A stretch of 63,797 bases of DNA, filler included, from Choristocarpus tenellus KU-1152 (taxonomy: Eukaryota; Protista; Phaeophyceae): assembly GCA_964200185.2 (NCBI GenBank). It is 8 parts of 8 records of this genome, joined end to end, with 100 filler letters (N's around TTAATTAATTAA, not from the genome) between each part and the next. Parts side by side here need not be neighbours in the genome. Positions count along the whole stretch, not along the records: positions 14,085 to 22,451 come from CAXNAD020004800.1; positions 22,552 to 30,324 come from CAXNAD020005602.1; 6 more parts are not named here. One strand, 5' to 3'. The translations under genes and the position numbers were made by a program. The notes under the pieces are model-generated. The model saw only the letters and a list, made by a program, of their open reading frames with translations. It searched no databases and was not told where the DNA came from. Shown here one piece after another: positions 13,985-27,386 of the stretch (positions within the stretch are counted from its first letter, which is position 1; each line of letters opens with the position of its first letter).

Positions 13985-14084
13985 NNNNNNNNNNNNNNNN
14001 NNNNNNNNNNNNNNNNNNNNNNNNNNNNTTAATTAATTAANNNNNNNNNNNNNNNNNNNNNNNNNNNNNNNNNNNNNNNNNNNN
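13985..14084. other. Artificial contig linker (also 22452-22551, 30325-30424, 34570-34669, 42942-43041, 49307-49406, 59285-59384)
   Basis: Identical 44N-TTAATTAATTAA-44N cassette giving stops in all six frames. Confidence 0.97.
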
Positions 14085-15867
14085 CGGTCAATTTTGGGTC
14101 AAACCCATCCTCCATAGTATGCTCCATCCTCAATTTTGAGAATCCACTGTTAATAGGTTAACACCATTCGGAACAGTGGTGATCTCCTATCGATCTACCA
14201 AGCGAACAAACTCTTTATTGAGAGTAGTATCTGGTGATGGCAATGTAACATCACGCGATCATTTCAATTGAACATTTGTACAGGGTTGCTGAACATCCCA
14301 TTTATTGTGTAGCTGTAACCATTATCACTAATAATCCCCACAAAACTGGTGCAATTACAAAAAGAAAAGTTCCTGATTAAGATCCAGCAATCTCGCGTAC
14401 GTATAGAACTTACACCGTTGCTCTTTCCGGCTGTGAGTCCTTTGGTTGGTAAGAACATGCAGGGATCATCTAGTTGCATTTCTGATTATCACCACCTTGC
14501 ACACTCATTGAACTTGTAGAAATTCTTCATAGCAAGTGGTCGTACCAGGGGGCCTGGTAGAGGTTTATGCTAGCAAACCATAATATGGACAGTTGAGATG
14601 AACAGTGCTAACTCTCACATTGATGCTGTGTAGGGGGAAACGGTATAAAAAGAAAAAAAACTCCAATAGAGTAGAGTGCATAGCTACTGTTGGCACAAAC
14701 TCTTCAAACTATTGATAAGAACCACGTTTATGAAGTGTTTTGCAGAAAGGAGTAACGTGGTATTTCGGTACATCTCTCCTGCACTGTGTGAAGAAGATTA
14801 AAAATTACTGTTGTAAGAGTTCTGGGTTTGAAACACAATCGTCAAATGGGACTCACATGCTAGGGAGGATGAAACCTCCACTGTAGAACCGGTTAACACT
14901 TTCATTCTTTCTGATCATATTCTTGTACGCTACCTCATGTGACTCCTTCTGGGGGGGACTCACCATTATGATGATGCTTTTCAATACTGTTCGGCAGGAT
15001 TTATCCTACCTAAGAAGTAACCTTGTTGGTGTAAAGCGAATTACAGTCAATAATGTTATCATACTAATCTGGAGTACATCGTATTGCAATTTTGTAACTG
15101 TCATTTATAGTTTTTATCTTGTTCGACAATATATGCCAGTAACATTATCCAGGGGATGTCTGACCCTTAACACATTATCATACATCAGGAATCCTGCTGT
15201 TTAAAAGCCTCAAAGCAACCCCCCCCTGACTGTACACAAGACGAGGAACTGTGCACATTTACTGTTGCATTCTTAGGTTGCGATGATATAGCCCCTTATT
15301 ATAGTCACCATCATCATCAAGGTGCATTATTCTTAGTAATCTGTGGTAAATGACCCTGAGATAAGAGAGGGGTTGAAAGTTGTAGGGCAGCATGAAGAAG
15401 GGTGAAATTTCTGACCAATGACAAGATATTATCAGTTAATCTTTTCATTGATGTCCAACCCTTGGCAGTGAATTTCCCGATGCATGATGAAAGCTGACCA
15501 ATTAGTACCATTGTTCACAAACTACCTCCCTAAACCAATCAGAATGTTCAAACCAGCAAGACCTGTTGCCTACAACTCTTGGGGGGCTTAGCTTGCTTCC
15601 TACGTTGAAGACACTCAACAGATGAGTGTCCTACAGCTCTATAACCCCCCACCCCAAAGCTACAACAGTTTAGCAGTGGTATTGGTTGTTAATGTGTGTG
15701 GTGTCACTTCCATACAACTATCCTCAATAAAATATAGTAAACGCCCACCCACGGTAGTACATCAATGTTTCCCTCAGCACATATGAGATAGATGGCTCTC
15801 CAATTCTGTGGAGCCATTCAGCACATCAGAACATAGAGGGAAGCACCTGCAAGAACACTGCAAACAT

Positions 15868-15952
15868 GCATATATATGCATATGTATATGTATATTATAT
15901 GTGTATGTATAGGTGTATGTATAGGTGTATGTATAGGTGTGTGTGTGTATGT
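15868..15952. repeat. TA/TG-rich simple repeat including (TGTATGTATAGG)n
   Basis: Directly visible. Confidence 0.8.
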
Positions 15953-16273
15953 ATTGTGAACATTAGAGGACTACCCCTCAAACATGAAATACTTGTCCCC
16001 AAGAGTTTCTCAAAAGGGATACAACCGATGTACATGTAGACTGCCAGGAGCACACACTCTTGACCCAACATGCCCAGAAATAGTGTTTGTACTACTAGTA
16101 CTTGCACCCAATACTATGATCATGAGCATCCAAAAGTACCTAGCACCACTACAGAGCATGCCTAGTACTCAGAAGCAACTACAAACCATACACTGATCGC
16201 CTACTCACATAAACAACGCCGCAATCTTTCCACCACATACAAATCATTTTTATTTGTATTATTTGTGCCTGGG

Positions 16274-19200
16274 TCACTTCATCCTTGCATGCTGAGGTGG
16301 GTATTCTTCTAGAAGTGCCTCAAGGAAGAGTGGACGGGCCATCACAGTTGGATGTGACTGAAGTAGTGGTAGTGCATCACAGAGGTGCAAGAGACGCAGA
16401 AGAGACCTTGCCATTCTGTAAACTCGAAGCTCCTCTATTACCTTGCCTCCAGGAGAAATCGCTCTTAGCAGGGGTTCGGCAAGATGCTGAAAACAAAAAG
16501 AGCAGGTGACAGGAGTGCCAGGTAGGTTTGGGTAAAGAAGTTGGGAGGAAACTGGTGTCCACATGACACGGGGGAGGGGGGGCATTGAGGAGGTTTTGAG
16601 CAACATAATCCATGTTTGACGTGTGGTGTGCAGATGGTCTGGGTTTGTGTTGTTTGCTGAACAGTTGACAAGATTGTATTCACAAAATTCATAGATATTA
16701 TTTGTTAATAAAATGCATGATTTTCTATTTGGATTCCGGGCAATGTTACAGCTACTTTGAAAACGAGATAACAGAAGAGATACTGGATTTGAGCAGGTAA
16801 TGCGAATTGCTCTGTAGCCCTCTCTGACCCTTGTTTGGGCCACATATATCTCCTCAGCACTCTGAATCATTGTCAAAATTGATCTGTGGTGCGCTGTAGA
16901 CCCAAAATATCTGGGGGGGGGGTCTACACCATGGTGTCCATTTGGACCAAAACCAGGAAAAGTGTACTTTCATCATCCATTCAACATATGGAACCAAATA
17001 ATCCAAAAATCGTGACAAAAAAAAATTGGTCCCAAATGGACAGCTGCCGCCACCCCCTCCAGATACTTTGAGCTTTTAGCATGTCTAAGTTGCTTTGTTG
17101 GGAGCTGCTCCTCGTCTCATTATCCTCATCTTACCACCAAACTACCTCTCCACAAAACTTGCATTGAGTCAAAGTAAACGAGGGGTACCCGGGGTTACAT
17201 CTTGAGGATGCTGACAATTTTGTGCAAATTTTGGGGTTTTACACAAATGCATACAGGAACCTTTCTGGATCCTGCCGAAATTTTCAAACAACAGGGAAAT
17301 CAACAGCCTCAAGCCAATCTTAGCACTTCAACCATAGAAACAATATGGGTGAATTGAAAAAGAGTGAAAGAATCTTAGAGGATATAAGTTTGCCCTGTTT
17401 GTCCATTTGGGGCTTGGCTTCCCACGGGTTTTTTCATTTCATTTTCCTACTCCGAAATGTTTTGGAGTAGATAAAATGTTACGTTATGAAAAGGTGTGTC
17501 TGGAACAAGGATATTGACACTTACTGACAAACGCAATAGGCAAAATTACATCAAAATCGCACCATCGGATTTTGGCCCCCAAACGGACGCGGATCTACCC
17601 TCTAAGATAATTTGACTCAAATATTTAAAAAAATCGATCTAAAAAGAAAAATGGTCAAAATCTGGGTACGTCTTGTTTACTTTGGCTCATTTTACCTATT
17701 TGCCTACAAAGTTACTTCTGCCGCAACTGTATATAACTGGAGCCTAAGAGCAAAGCCAAGAAAAGACTGAAAAAAAGTGGAGAATGTTCAGTTCTGGGTA
17801 ATAATAATACTAATAATATTAATGACAATGCGAGATTGACTCCATAGCAAATAGAGGGATAGGGTAGAACTCAGGGCCATTGATAGGGTCTCTTGGGGAA
17901 TAGTTAGAGAGCACAGAAAGTTTAGATTCTATCTAACTTAGCCCAAGAAGAGTGTTAAAATACAACGTTAATTCTGGATTTTCACAGGGAAAAACACTTT
18001 CTCATACCATGTATCCTGTATCTTCTTCAATCTTCATACCATGCAATTAGACTTGTCTACTAGTAGGAAGGGACCTCTCATCCTGAACGTTACTGAACAT
18101 TCTGCTATGAGCCTACTCTGGGCATCAGTGTGTAGCATTCATAAAGTGCTGAAACGCATGGTCAACTGTCCTTTATCAACGAAAGGGAAGGGAGGTGCAT
18201 CCCAAAATGACCTTGTCCGCAGTCCAAGATGTACCCTCGACCTTTTCTCTTGTACTCCATATGATATGGGGCGCGGGGGGGGCATATTTGCCGCGAATGT
18301 TACACTGTGTCTTGAGTAAACCAATTTTCTTGTGGTGTGCTAATCATACAGTGCTTAGCAGCCAATATGCATGCACAACTGTGCTCCTTGCATCTCAAGC
18401 ATTCCAAATTTCGTGTAGGCCACAATTCGGTTTTCAAGTCTCTTTTGTTTAGGGTAGGTCAGGTGTCACTGTTGCCCTCATGTCCCTCCCACTCAGATGA
18501 AACACTTTTCTCACATTCACCATGCCCAGTCGGTACTTAATTAGAGCATTGGTATTTAATTAGAGCACTGTGTGAAAAAGGGGTGTTTTTTTTCCCTTTC
18601 ATGGGCACATCCTGGCAAGGGTTGCTATCTAAAGGGTTCTAACCATCTTCCATCAGTTTGAACCAACTTGTTGTGTAAGAACATATACACTAAGAAGTAT
18701 TGTACAGCTATTAATAGCGTGTGTGAAGTACTTTGGAGTGGTATGTCGCTGTACTATAATCCCTTCTGTCTCAGTTCATTGTGCACCCTTGCCTTTAGAA
18801 AATGAAGGTCATATGGCAGGGCAGTGTTGACGGAGGCATCTGCCTCGACACTAAATGTTCTTGCTAACACCTCGTTCTTCTCCTCTCCTGCAGTCCAACT
18901 CCCCAGCAGTGTGGTAGCAATGGGCCTTGTCTCATGTCTTTGTGCCTTGACCAGAGTCCGCAGCAGACGCACATCAGACCCTCTTACCATACTCAGGTCA
19001 TCAACTTGCACCTGGAATATAAGGGAGGCATAATACCGTGGATGGATCCCAGACATACCAACAGGAGGTAGACGCAGGTGGTTGAACATTATGGATTGAA
19101 AGGAGGTGAACAGTGTGAGGAGGCTCGGGGATAGGGACAGAATGAGACTAGGGTAGAGATGACAGAATCTTTGATATAGTAGATACTTTAACTCTGAGTG

Positions 19201-22200
19201 TGGTAGTGCAAATGCCGCCACCTTCCTATCACAATTCATGCACTCTGCTAAACTTCACTTGTGTTGATATCATGAGGAGAACCACGAGAACTGAGAATGG
19301 AAGCAGAGGAAGGGGTGAGTGGTATCCCTCAGTTTTCTCTCCATTTTCATCTTGTACCTCAATAACTCCATAAAATTGGGAGACATTTTGCTACCATAAT
19401 AATTGACAAGGCAGCTGATTTTATAATAGCATCATTGTTGCTCTATGCGACTTTGATACCCAAAACGATGCTGCTGCTCACCTGTGGCACAACATCCACG
19501 TATAAGGCAAAAACCTCCTTGAGGGTAAGTCCAAACCCGTGTGGTAGGAGGAGACTGCGATCCAGTGCTGCACTGCCATGTACAATAAGTATGTTGGGCC
19601 AATCTCCTGCTGCAGCTGACAAGTCCTTTCCATTGCCCAGTCTGTCTCTCCTGCTGACTTCATCTCGTGCACCCGCCCTAGCTTGGCCAAGGAGTGCAGC
19701 CAAGGTATTTCTAAGTGCAGGAACGTCCACTGGGGAAACAATGGCCGACCAGGGCGAGCAGCTAGGTGATGGATCCTGGGAAGAAGTCTGCACATAGTCA
19801 TCAGTGTTGACCTGTGCACACATGAGCAGGGAAGAGGCATGAATGACTCTTGGAGACTTGTTCTTGAAATGGGATACCAATATTTTACTTGTTTGCAAAG
19901 TGTTTATTTTGGAGACACTCATGGCATCTATGCTCAATGTGTAAAAAGGGCGTTTACACTGCCTATATCAAATGGAAAAGTGTAAAGGTGGGCATTTAAC
20001 TCTCAACAGGGTAGTAAGTACTCTGGGAGCACCCAGTGAGATGAAATGTGCACATACTTGCTCCCATCCCAGAAAGGGGCCTGTAGATTCGATGCATCTG
20101 CATGTGCCTCACCATGACAGGTCTCTTTCCCCTTAGTGTCAACTGCAGGTGTAACCGACTGGCTATGGCTCCAGCTCCAGACCCAGCTCGCCCTGCCACA
20201 ATTACCACTAGTGCGCCTGATGCCACAACCTTCTTGCAAACATGCTCAAGCTTGTGGGACAAGAACATGCGCTAGTGAAGATAAGCCAGATGTGACGCTG
20301 GGAATGCAAGGTGCTGGGGACACTATTGAGAGCACTGATGTGCAAAGAGCAACTGCATAATCTAATACTTTTCCATATCCTTTTAATGTTCTCCAATTTC
20401 AACAGTTCCAAGTCCCCCAACACACAAACCTGCAAATCTCGCAGCCTTTCAACCAGCTCCACCTTTGCCCGCAACTCCCTGCTGTTGCTATGCATCAGTC
20501 TGTTTACTCTTGCCAGACAAGTCAGCTTGGTTACTTCCCCAGGAAGATTGAGATCCACATGTGTCTTTGTTCCTGGCAACATGTCAATGATATCAGGAAG
20601 TTGCACTTCCTTGTAACCATGTGCATGCCAGTCTTCTTTGCTCTCCGTGTTGTGAACAAGCTGTTGTCCATCCCTTCCAATACCTGGAGTGGTACCCACC
20701 AAGGGCACCTGTTCACCTTTTGGGGGGACTACAGGGTGGGTAGTCATCATCAGCAGCCAAGACCGGCAAATACTGGTTTGCCCATCACTGCCTACAGGGT
20801 GAGGACTGCCAAGTGCTGAACCCATTGGACAGACACTGAAGTTCCCCAGAGTTCTCAGTGATCCAGTGCTAGGAAGTGCTGGCCCAATTCCCCTGTCAAG
20901 GCTCACAAACGTCCTCCCTCGGTCAACATCCTCGTTCTTGCTCCTATGAGCACTCTCAACTCCACCACCCCTGCAGTAACTGCTGCTACTTCTACTATAC
21001 AATGTACTACTTTTGTTGCATATACCTCCTTCCCCAAAAGACATAAATAATCGGAAGAGACGTACAGTGGCTTCATTTTGTCCGTATACGAGTTCCCATG
21101 AGGCAGAGTTGAAAGGCAGGGAAGCCAAGGCATCGCTATGGGAAACACACACTTGATTTATTGGCAGGTCTAGCGATATAAGGAGACGAACTGCATCATT
21201 AAGAGTAGATAGAGCCCCCTCAAGCCAGTGTGGAGATAGCATCTCTGCACTACATCCTTTGCTGCCTCTGCCACTTATACCTCTGCTGACTTCATCTCTG
21301 CTGCTGTCACAAGAACTGTTTGCACATGTGTTGGATTCGAAGTTGACACAAGAACTTGTCCGACTTCCTGTGAGTCCCCCCTCTTTAGGACATAGTAACA
21401 GCAAGAGGCCATCAGGGCACTCACCCACGACCTGCAAGTAGTACCCAGGCAGAGCCCAGCATGCTGCTGCTGCTGTGACAAGCATCACTGTTCGGTGCAC
21501 TACATCCCAGCCCTCAGGTGTCTCAGCCTGTACAGGATACACAGAATGCCCTTGCCCTTCAGCCTCAGACACCTTTGGGACAAGGGACGAAACCTCCCCA
21601 TGGATCCATGCAGCCACAGGCATGGATCTGTCCGTGAACTCTCCATGTTCGACTTTGCCATGGTGCTTCTGATGATGAAGTAAGTCTTCCCCTGTCCCCA
21701 TGCCATTCTGACGACCTCCTGAAAAGATAGGGTAGGGTGTTGTTTTGGGGATCTTGCCCAAGTGCCAACTTGCAAGGTGTCTGTCCAAGAGATCCTGCAG
21801 CGAGAATCTTCCATCTGAATACATACCTTCACTCTCACCCACCCAACACTGACCATTTCTATGCTGGGAAATGGTGTCTCTCTGATCAGTTGACACAATG
21901 ACGGCTGGGGAAGTGGTATACCCTTGTGCCTGTGGAGCCAGAATTTCAGTTGATTGCAATGAACCAAAACTTGTAGACGATTCCATGTCATTGGCCGTGA
22001 TAGACTTGAGCTGTTCCTCGAGCCATTGCTTTGGGGGCACTCCATTGTTACTTGTCTCATATGTGGTGCTTCCAATCCCCCTTGCAAAACGTTGATCCAA
22101 TGGCTGGTTGTTTTCAATGCCAGAATTGTCCTTTGCTATCCAGGTAGTTCTCCTGTCGGGGCCTCTATTCTGTTGTTTTCTGGGAAGTCCTCCATGCCAA

Positions 22201-22450
22201 TTCTGATATGGCAGTTCCCTGTGAGTCCAGCACACCCCTTTAAGTGGCTTTGCTTGGGAGGCACCAGTCTTGTCTTGGAGTTGGTGTAAGGGGAGAATAG
22301 GTGGAACATGATGGTTTTCCTGAAGACCAAGAGATATCATAGAAGGTGGGGGGGGCGGAGGTGGGGGCGGAGGTGGTGGGGGGGGTAGGACTTGGGGGGA
22401 GGGGGGAAGAAAGCATCTCCCTTTGACTGCTGATATTTAACTGGAGAGGC
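16274..22450 (-). CDS. TGS/ThrRS-N2-like + uridine-kinase-fold fusion protein, degenerate Walker A; 5' end probably lost in the gap
   Basis: Exons about 22450-20430, 20271-20113, 19811-19482, 19011-18793, 16486-16274, all phase 0. Motifs VAAWIHGEV..TPEG, HRTVMLVTAAA..LPG, GPALPSTG, VIVAGRAGSGAGA, VNTDDY, DVRLLRTLV, EADASVNTALPYDL..LK..AEPLLRAI follow the bacterial long uridine kinase layout. Confidence 0.75.
16899..17074. mobile_element. MITE family A
   Basis: Complete copy with both TIRs. Confidence 0.85.
17166..17688. mobile_element. MITE family C carrying MITE B
   Basis: Both TIRs; ATT on both flanks. Confidence 0.85.
17362..17618. mobile_element. MITE family B nested in MITE C
   Basis: Both TIRs inside 17166-17688. 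Confidence 0.85.
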
Positions 22451-22699
22451 ANNNNNNNNNNNNNNNNNNNNNNNNNNNNNNNNNNNNNNNNNNNNTTAAT
22501 TAATTAANNNNNNNNNNNNNNNNNNNNNNNNNNNNNNNNNNNNNNNNNNNNCCACCTCACAAACCACCCCCCCCCACACAAGATACTTTGATCCTGAATC
22601 CGCCACAATGGAAGCAAAGATTGTGAAGAAATTAATCGCAAATAACATTTAATGACATGCTGAACTGCGAAACAAGAACTTGTGCGGTCAATATTTAGG

Positions 22700-23520
22700 G
22701 CAAGTTATTTTTAATTTCTGTTGGGTCTGAGTGGCTGTCTCGGCAGTAGAATGTCCACAGTCTCTCATCCATGTCCACATCACTGTTAAAACTCAGTTGT
22801 GTGTGGTGGATTATGGTATTATTGAACGGGGATGTCATGTTCCTTGTGGACCTCCATTGGTAGAGGGGGCTTACTCCAATAAAGCTTCTGTTGTCCAGCC
22901 TTGGAGTGAATTGCCTAGTATTTCTTACTCCACCCTTCTTAAGCCTCCAAGCAATGAAACTCTTGGAGGGATCTGCTATATTGACAAAAATGGGAACTGT
23001 AGGGCCTCGAAACGTCAGGCGACAAACTGGGAGCACAGACAAATCAGTAGTAGGTTGTGCAATTGCAAGCATGAGGCCAAGGGTGGGTTCAACGCCCAGC
23101 GTGTCCACAATATCATTTTTCCCCAAATTATTGGTATCTCGTTTACTATTTCCGCAGCAATAGTATTATTATAGCACTATGACATATTCTCCTTGCATAC
23201 TCTGAGGACGCACATATTTCCCACAAGGTATCCATTGTGCAGTCGACCACTGAGTATCATGGATCAATTTAATGTGTGTTTCTACAAATTCCTCCCATTT
23301 GGGGAGGCTGCATGTAGTATAGCTAGCTACAGGCAGTGAATACTCCATATTCATGGGAGGCGGAAGTGCCACGTATACCCATCAAGCGCCAAAAATATCT
23401 GTCACCAACACACATACATTGCATACATATGCTGCTCACAAAAACAATAAATGGGAAACTCTCACACTTACAAGAACTCCAACGTGGTGTGGATTCGCTC
23501 CTGATCCACTATATAATTCA
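22700..23520 (-). CDS. Probable multi-exon fragment of an unknown gene
   Basis: Several open minus-strand segments bounded by AG and GT(A/G)(A/C)G (ending near 23470, 23213 and 22929); no recognisable domain, phases not fully resolved. Confidence 0.25.
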
Positions 23521-23845
23521 AGAGTAATAAATTTAAAAGGCGAAGTTAAGTGCTTGCCAGTGATGATGTAGAAGATACGGAGAAGAGAGCTGCCCAATAG
23601 CAGCAATAGCGTCAGATGCCATCACACACACCATGAAGTCTTATCCCGTGTGTATCTCCCGGTACATCTCTGGAGCATCTATCTCACAACCTAGATTGAG
23701 ACATTGCTTCCCTTGTCTGACTGCTCTCTGCAGAAGGCTTTTAGGCATTGTATACGTACTGCAAAAAACTTAGTGAATACTGTTTATCTCTGCATGGTCG
23801 CTATTATTGACTCTCCTCCCTATCACAAGTCCACTGCTTGGTATG

Positions 23846-25552
23846 TCATTCCTGAAGGCTTATAGAGGCCTTCAATACTCCCATTCCAGCATGGTATTTT
23901 CGCGCATCTAGCGGGGTATTGAGGGGGAACTTGCCTGCCTTCTCAACCATTTCCTTGATAAGGTGTGAAATTTTGAAGACAAGATCACTCTTGGAAACCT
24001 GCACTTCACATTTAGTTTCGAAAGAGACTCTGCCAGACACACTCTAGTGCCTCCTAAGGGTACACTTTGGACACCTCCATTGTGGCCTCCACCAGCTCAT
24101 CTGTGTTGGCCACCCCCACATCTTCCCTCAGTAGCTGGATGGAATGAAAGAATCCCAGGTTGTTGACAATGAGGTCAGGTGAGGTGACTGGCGGGGTCTC
24201 TATGACAATGTTGTCCCTCGCCACCTCCTCGATTGCTTCCATCATCCCCCCTTCAGTCTATGACTTTGCCTCATCCTGCTGCACGAAGATGGTGTGTACT
24301 CCTGGACTAGCCATGTGGGCCTTGATTGTCGGGATGGCATCCTAAATCATGTGCTTCTTATACCTCTCCCCGTCCACTGTGGCTGGCACAAGCACCTTGG
24401 TGCCCTTGGGGCGGTGTTTGCTGGAGTGCTGAGCGGCCTTAGTGTCCACGATTGGACAGATACCGATTTCCCATTGAACCACACCCTGTTGGAGAGCTTC
24501 TTAAGTGGGCTACAAGGAACATCACCTTCGCAATGTAAAGCTTATTCTGTGTCCATGGGGGTTTGAGGTGATCCTCAGTGGGGTGTGCAGGTACACACAT
24601 TGCCCATCTTTGAGGATGTAAAACCACTTCTTGTCCACATGCACACAGTCATGTACATCTTCCACTAATACCCCACTTCCCCCCCTCCTGTGCGTGTGGC
24701 ATGTGACTGATGACAAAACCCACCCTGTTAGGAGTGACTCAATCCACCGCTTGAACTTCACATTCTCACTCACACCACTCAGATCCCACAACGAGGCAAA
24801 TGAAACCCTGGGTTTGGCTGCCCATTTGCAGAAGGATGTGTGGTGTACCAATGGAACATCTCAAACGCTGAGGATACTTGTACTGCAGCTACGTAGCCCT
24901 TTCGACCCAAAGTGTCTGGAGGGGGGGGGGGGGGGGGGAACAAGAGGGGAAGGGGGGGGGGGGGGGAAGGNNNNNNNNNNAATGGACAGCCATCACCCCC
25001 TCCCAGATACTTTGAGCCTTTGCAACGTCATAAAGGTCGACACATTCACCCCGTGCTATCTGACTGCCATACTCCTTGAAAGGACAGAACACGGTGATTT
25101 GGGAAATCCAAAAGTCCTTTGCAATGACCACCGCCGTTCCCCAAGGCATCCAAGTCTCACACCCTCTTGCCTCCAGGCATCATGTTACCACGCTGTTCTT
25201 TGTCGGGGTGTTTGAGTCCTGACACCAGACAGACTTCTGGGCCAAAGAATTGGGACTGACGGACAATGACAGGATAAGAGAGCCACTTGAATGACGCAGG
25301 GCCATAGTCCTAGGCATCCACATAAACCCTTGCTTGACAGGTTCTCAAGGATCTTGAACCCCGTCAAGTGCGACCTGGTTGACTTTGTACTGGTGATCCT
25401 CCACAGTCATGACAGCCCACCATCTCAAACTTTACACACCTCCCAATCAATATGAGAATAAAGCCTCGTCCAGATGGTTCATCTTGCGGGCCGTTCCCAG
25501 GCGAGAACACAACTTCCAAAAGTTATGCTACATTTAATTCCAAATGGAGAAA
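23846..25552 (-). mobile_element. Decayed plant-type mariner element (family M1)
   Basis: Fragments VHVDKKWFYIL and SPDLIVNNLGFFHSIQ; homologous to 59869-61599 including its TIR (reverse complement near 25520-25550); interrupted by MITE A. Confidence 0.85.
24904..25018. mobile_element. MITE family A nested in mariner M1
   Basis: Both TIRs with an internal 10-N gap. Confidence 0.75.
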
Positions 25553-25581
25553 GTACTACTCCTGCCCATCCCTCTCGCATA

Positions 25582-27386
25582 CTCCCTCTGTCCCATAAGT
25601 CTGGGCAGTTAAGCTGTACCTCTTCAAGATTATCTCTGATTACAAAACATACCTTGGCATTAGATTCCTTGGAATAATTACATCGAAAAATTATGTTTCA
25701 CCTTTATTCAACATCGTCAACCCACCAATCCAGGGCCATTATAGAGGCTGCTCAATCTACTGCAACTAATCTAGCCAACCCGCCCTCCCATTGCCTTTTT
25801 TTGGTCCAGGTGTGCTCTACCTCGAAATAGTTTACCCCCTAGCGCCCTTAACAAACAGGGGATTTCAAAAATTGAGGATGGGGCTTTTGATTGAGGATGG
25901 GATTGACCTAAAATTGACTGAGATGCAAAACCCCCCAAATTATTGATGTTTAGATCTGACAAATGTGCTGACTGCATCACAAGCTGTTCCATCCCTTCTC
26001 CATCCCTGCTGCATTCAGCTTCTGTACTGTGCCTTTGCCTGTATGTGGGTTGACACTGTCCTGCTGTATGGAGCCCCCCCCTGATTCCAGCCCTGACATT
26101 TTGTCCTTGTTGCTGGCAACAGCTACTCGGTGTTAACAGTGACATCAGTCTCGTACTCCTCGTCCTTCCTGTTGTGCCTCGTTGTAATCTGTTGTGCCCC
26201 CTTGTGATGCAAACCTGCCAGATCCCGATCTTGCCGTCAAAATCATGGGAAGGATCTGGGCACAAAATGGCAGAGATGAACATTACTTTGGGAATGTGAC
26301 TCTTGCGCTGCACCTTCATCGAGCCCACTCTTTCCTCCCCAGGAACATGCGCACCATCTCTCGTTCATGGATGAGGTAGAACCATACACCTTGTCGATGT
26401 GAATGGTGTTGAGGCCAGTCCTGTAGGTTTCGCGGCTGCAGGAGATCTGGTCGAGGATGAAGTTCAACTTGTACTTGTGAGAAAACGAAAGGCTAGGGGC
26501 GACACGCTGCTGAACCCTCGTTGCCCTCATGGTTTCAAGTCAGTGATGAAGTTTTGAGCTGCCAACTGCGAGGCCTGCTTCTCCAAGCTTGGTGGAAAGT
26601 TGATAGTCAGAGTGCAATTACTGGGATTGGTTTCCCAGATCTTCACTTGCTTCATTGGCATGAAGTCTGACGGCTGCCCAGATTGTACTTGTGATTTCAG
26701 GGAGACAGATTACCCCTGTCGAACTATTCTTTGACGCACAACCACAACAGTCTAGGGTGTCTCTCTCCCACTCCAAAATCTTTGTCCAATTTAGACCCCA
26801 CACCCCTCAGGAACCTCTCATGATCCGGACGAAGAGTCAACGCATAGCACAGAGCATGAAGAAGAACAGCAAGTGCAGTCCGACATTCCTTGGTCAGCTT
26901 GCTGTTCTTTCTGGCTCAAAGTATCTGGGGGGTTGAGGCTGTCCATTCAGGGTCATTTTTCCATGTCGCGATTTTTCGGTGCTTTGGTTGCATGGTTCGG
27001 GATGGACAATGTAAGTGCACTTCTCTCCTGGTCAGGGCCCGAATGGACACTGTGATGCAGACCCCCCCCCAGATACTTTGAGCCTCCCCGAGACAGTGGG
27101 TTTTGTGCTGGGGACGATGGGCTATGGGATCTCACCACGGGGGTTGTGAGAGTGTTGTGCGGCTCCACGCTGCAACAGGAATATTCAAAAATGATAAGAA
27201 TATACCCCATTCCGTGTTCCATTCTCTCAGTACCATTTCAGAACAGAATTCTTTGTGGAATTCTTTGGGATATAAAAATTTTGTGTAAAATATCCCAAGG
27301 AACCCAACACAAAAGTCCGTTTTCTAATTGGAGGTCGTCCCAAAGAGCTACAACTTAACAGCCCAGACCTATGGGACATAGATATA
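25582..27386 (-). mobile_element. Decayed plant-type mariner element (family M2) with long TIRs
   Basis: Stowaway-type terminus TA|CTCCCTCTGTCCCATAAG at 25582 with an imperfect inverted copy of about 90-100 bp at 27290-27386; transposase relics IHIDK, HIPKVMF, FDGKIGIW, SDLNINNLG; MITE A nested. Confidence 0.85.
26913..27084. mobile_element. MITE family A nested in mariner M2 (reverse orientation)
   Basis: TIRs GGCTCAAAGTATCTGGGGGG / CCCCCCAGATACTTTGAGCC. Confidence 0.85.

Noticed and set aside
14029-14040. TTAATTAATTAA palindrome repeated seven times
   Set aside because: Always centred in 44+44 Ns; an artificial linker.
14085-15600. Scattered minus-strand exon-like segments
   Set aside because: Phases inconsistent and no domain recognised.
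20208-20429. C-terminal 70 aa of the 710-aa ORF
   Set aside because: Read-through into an intron; the donor at 20429 gives the homologous continuation.
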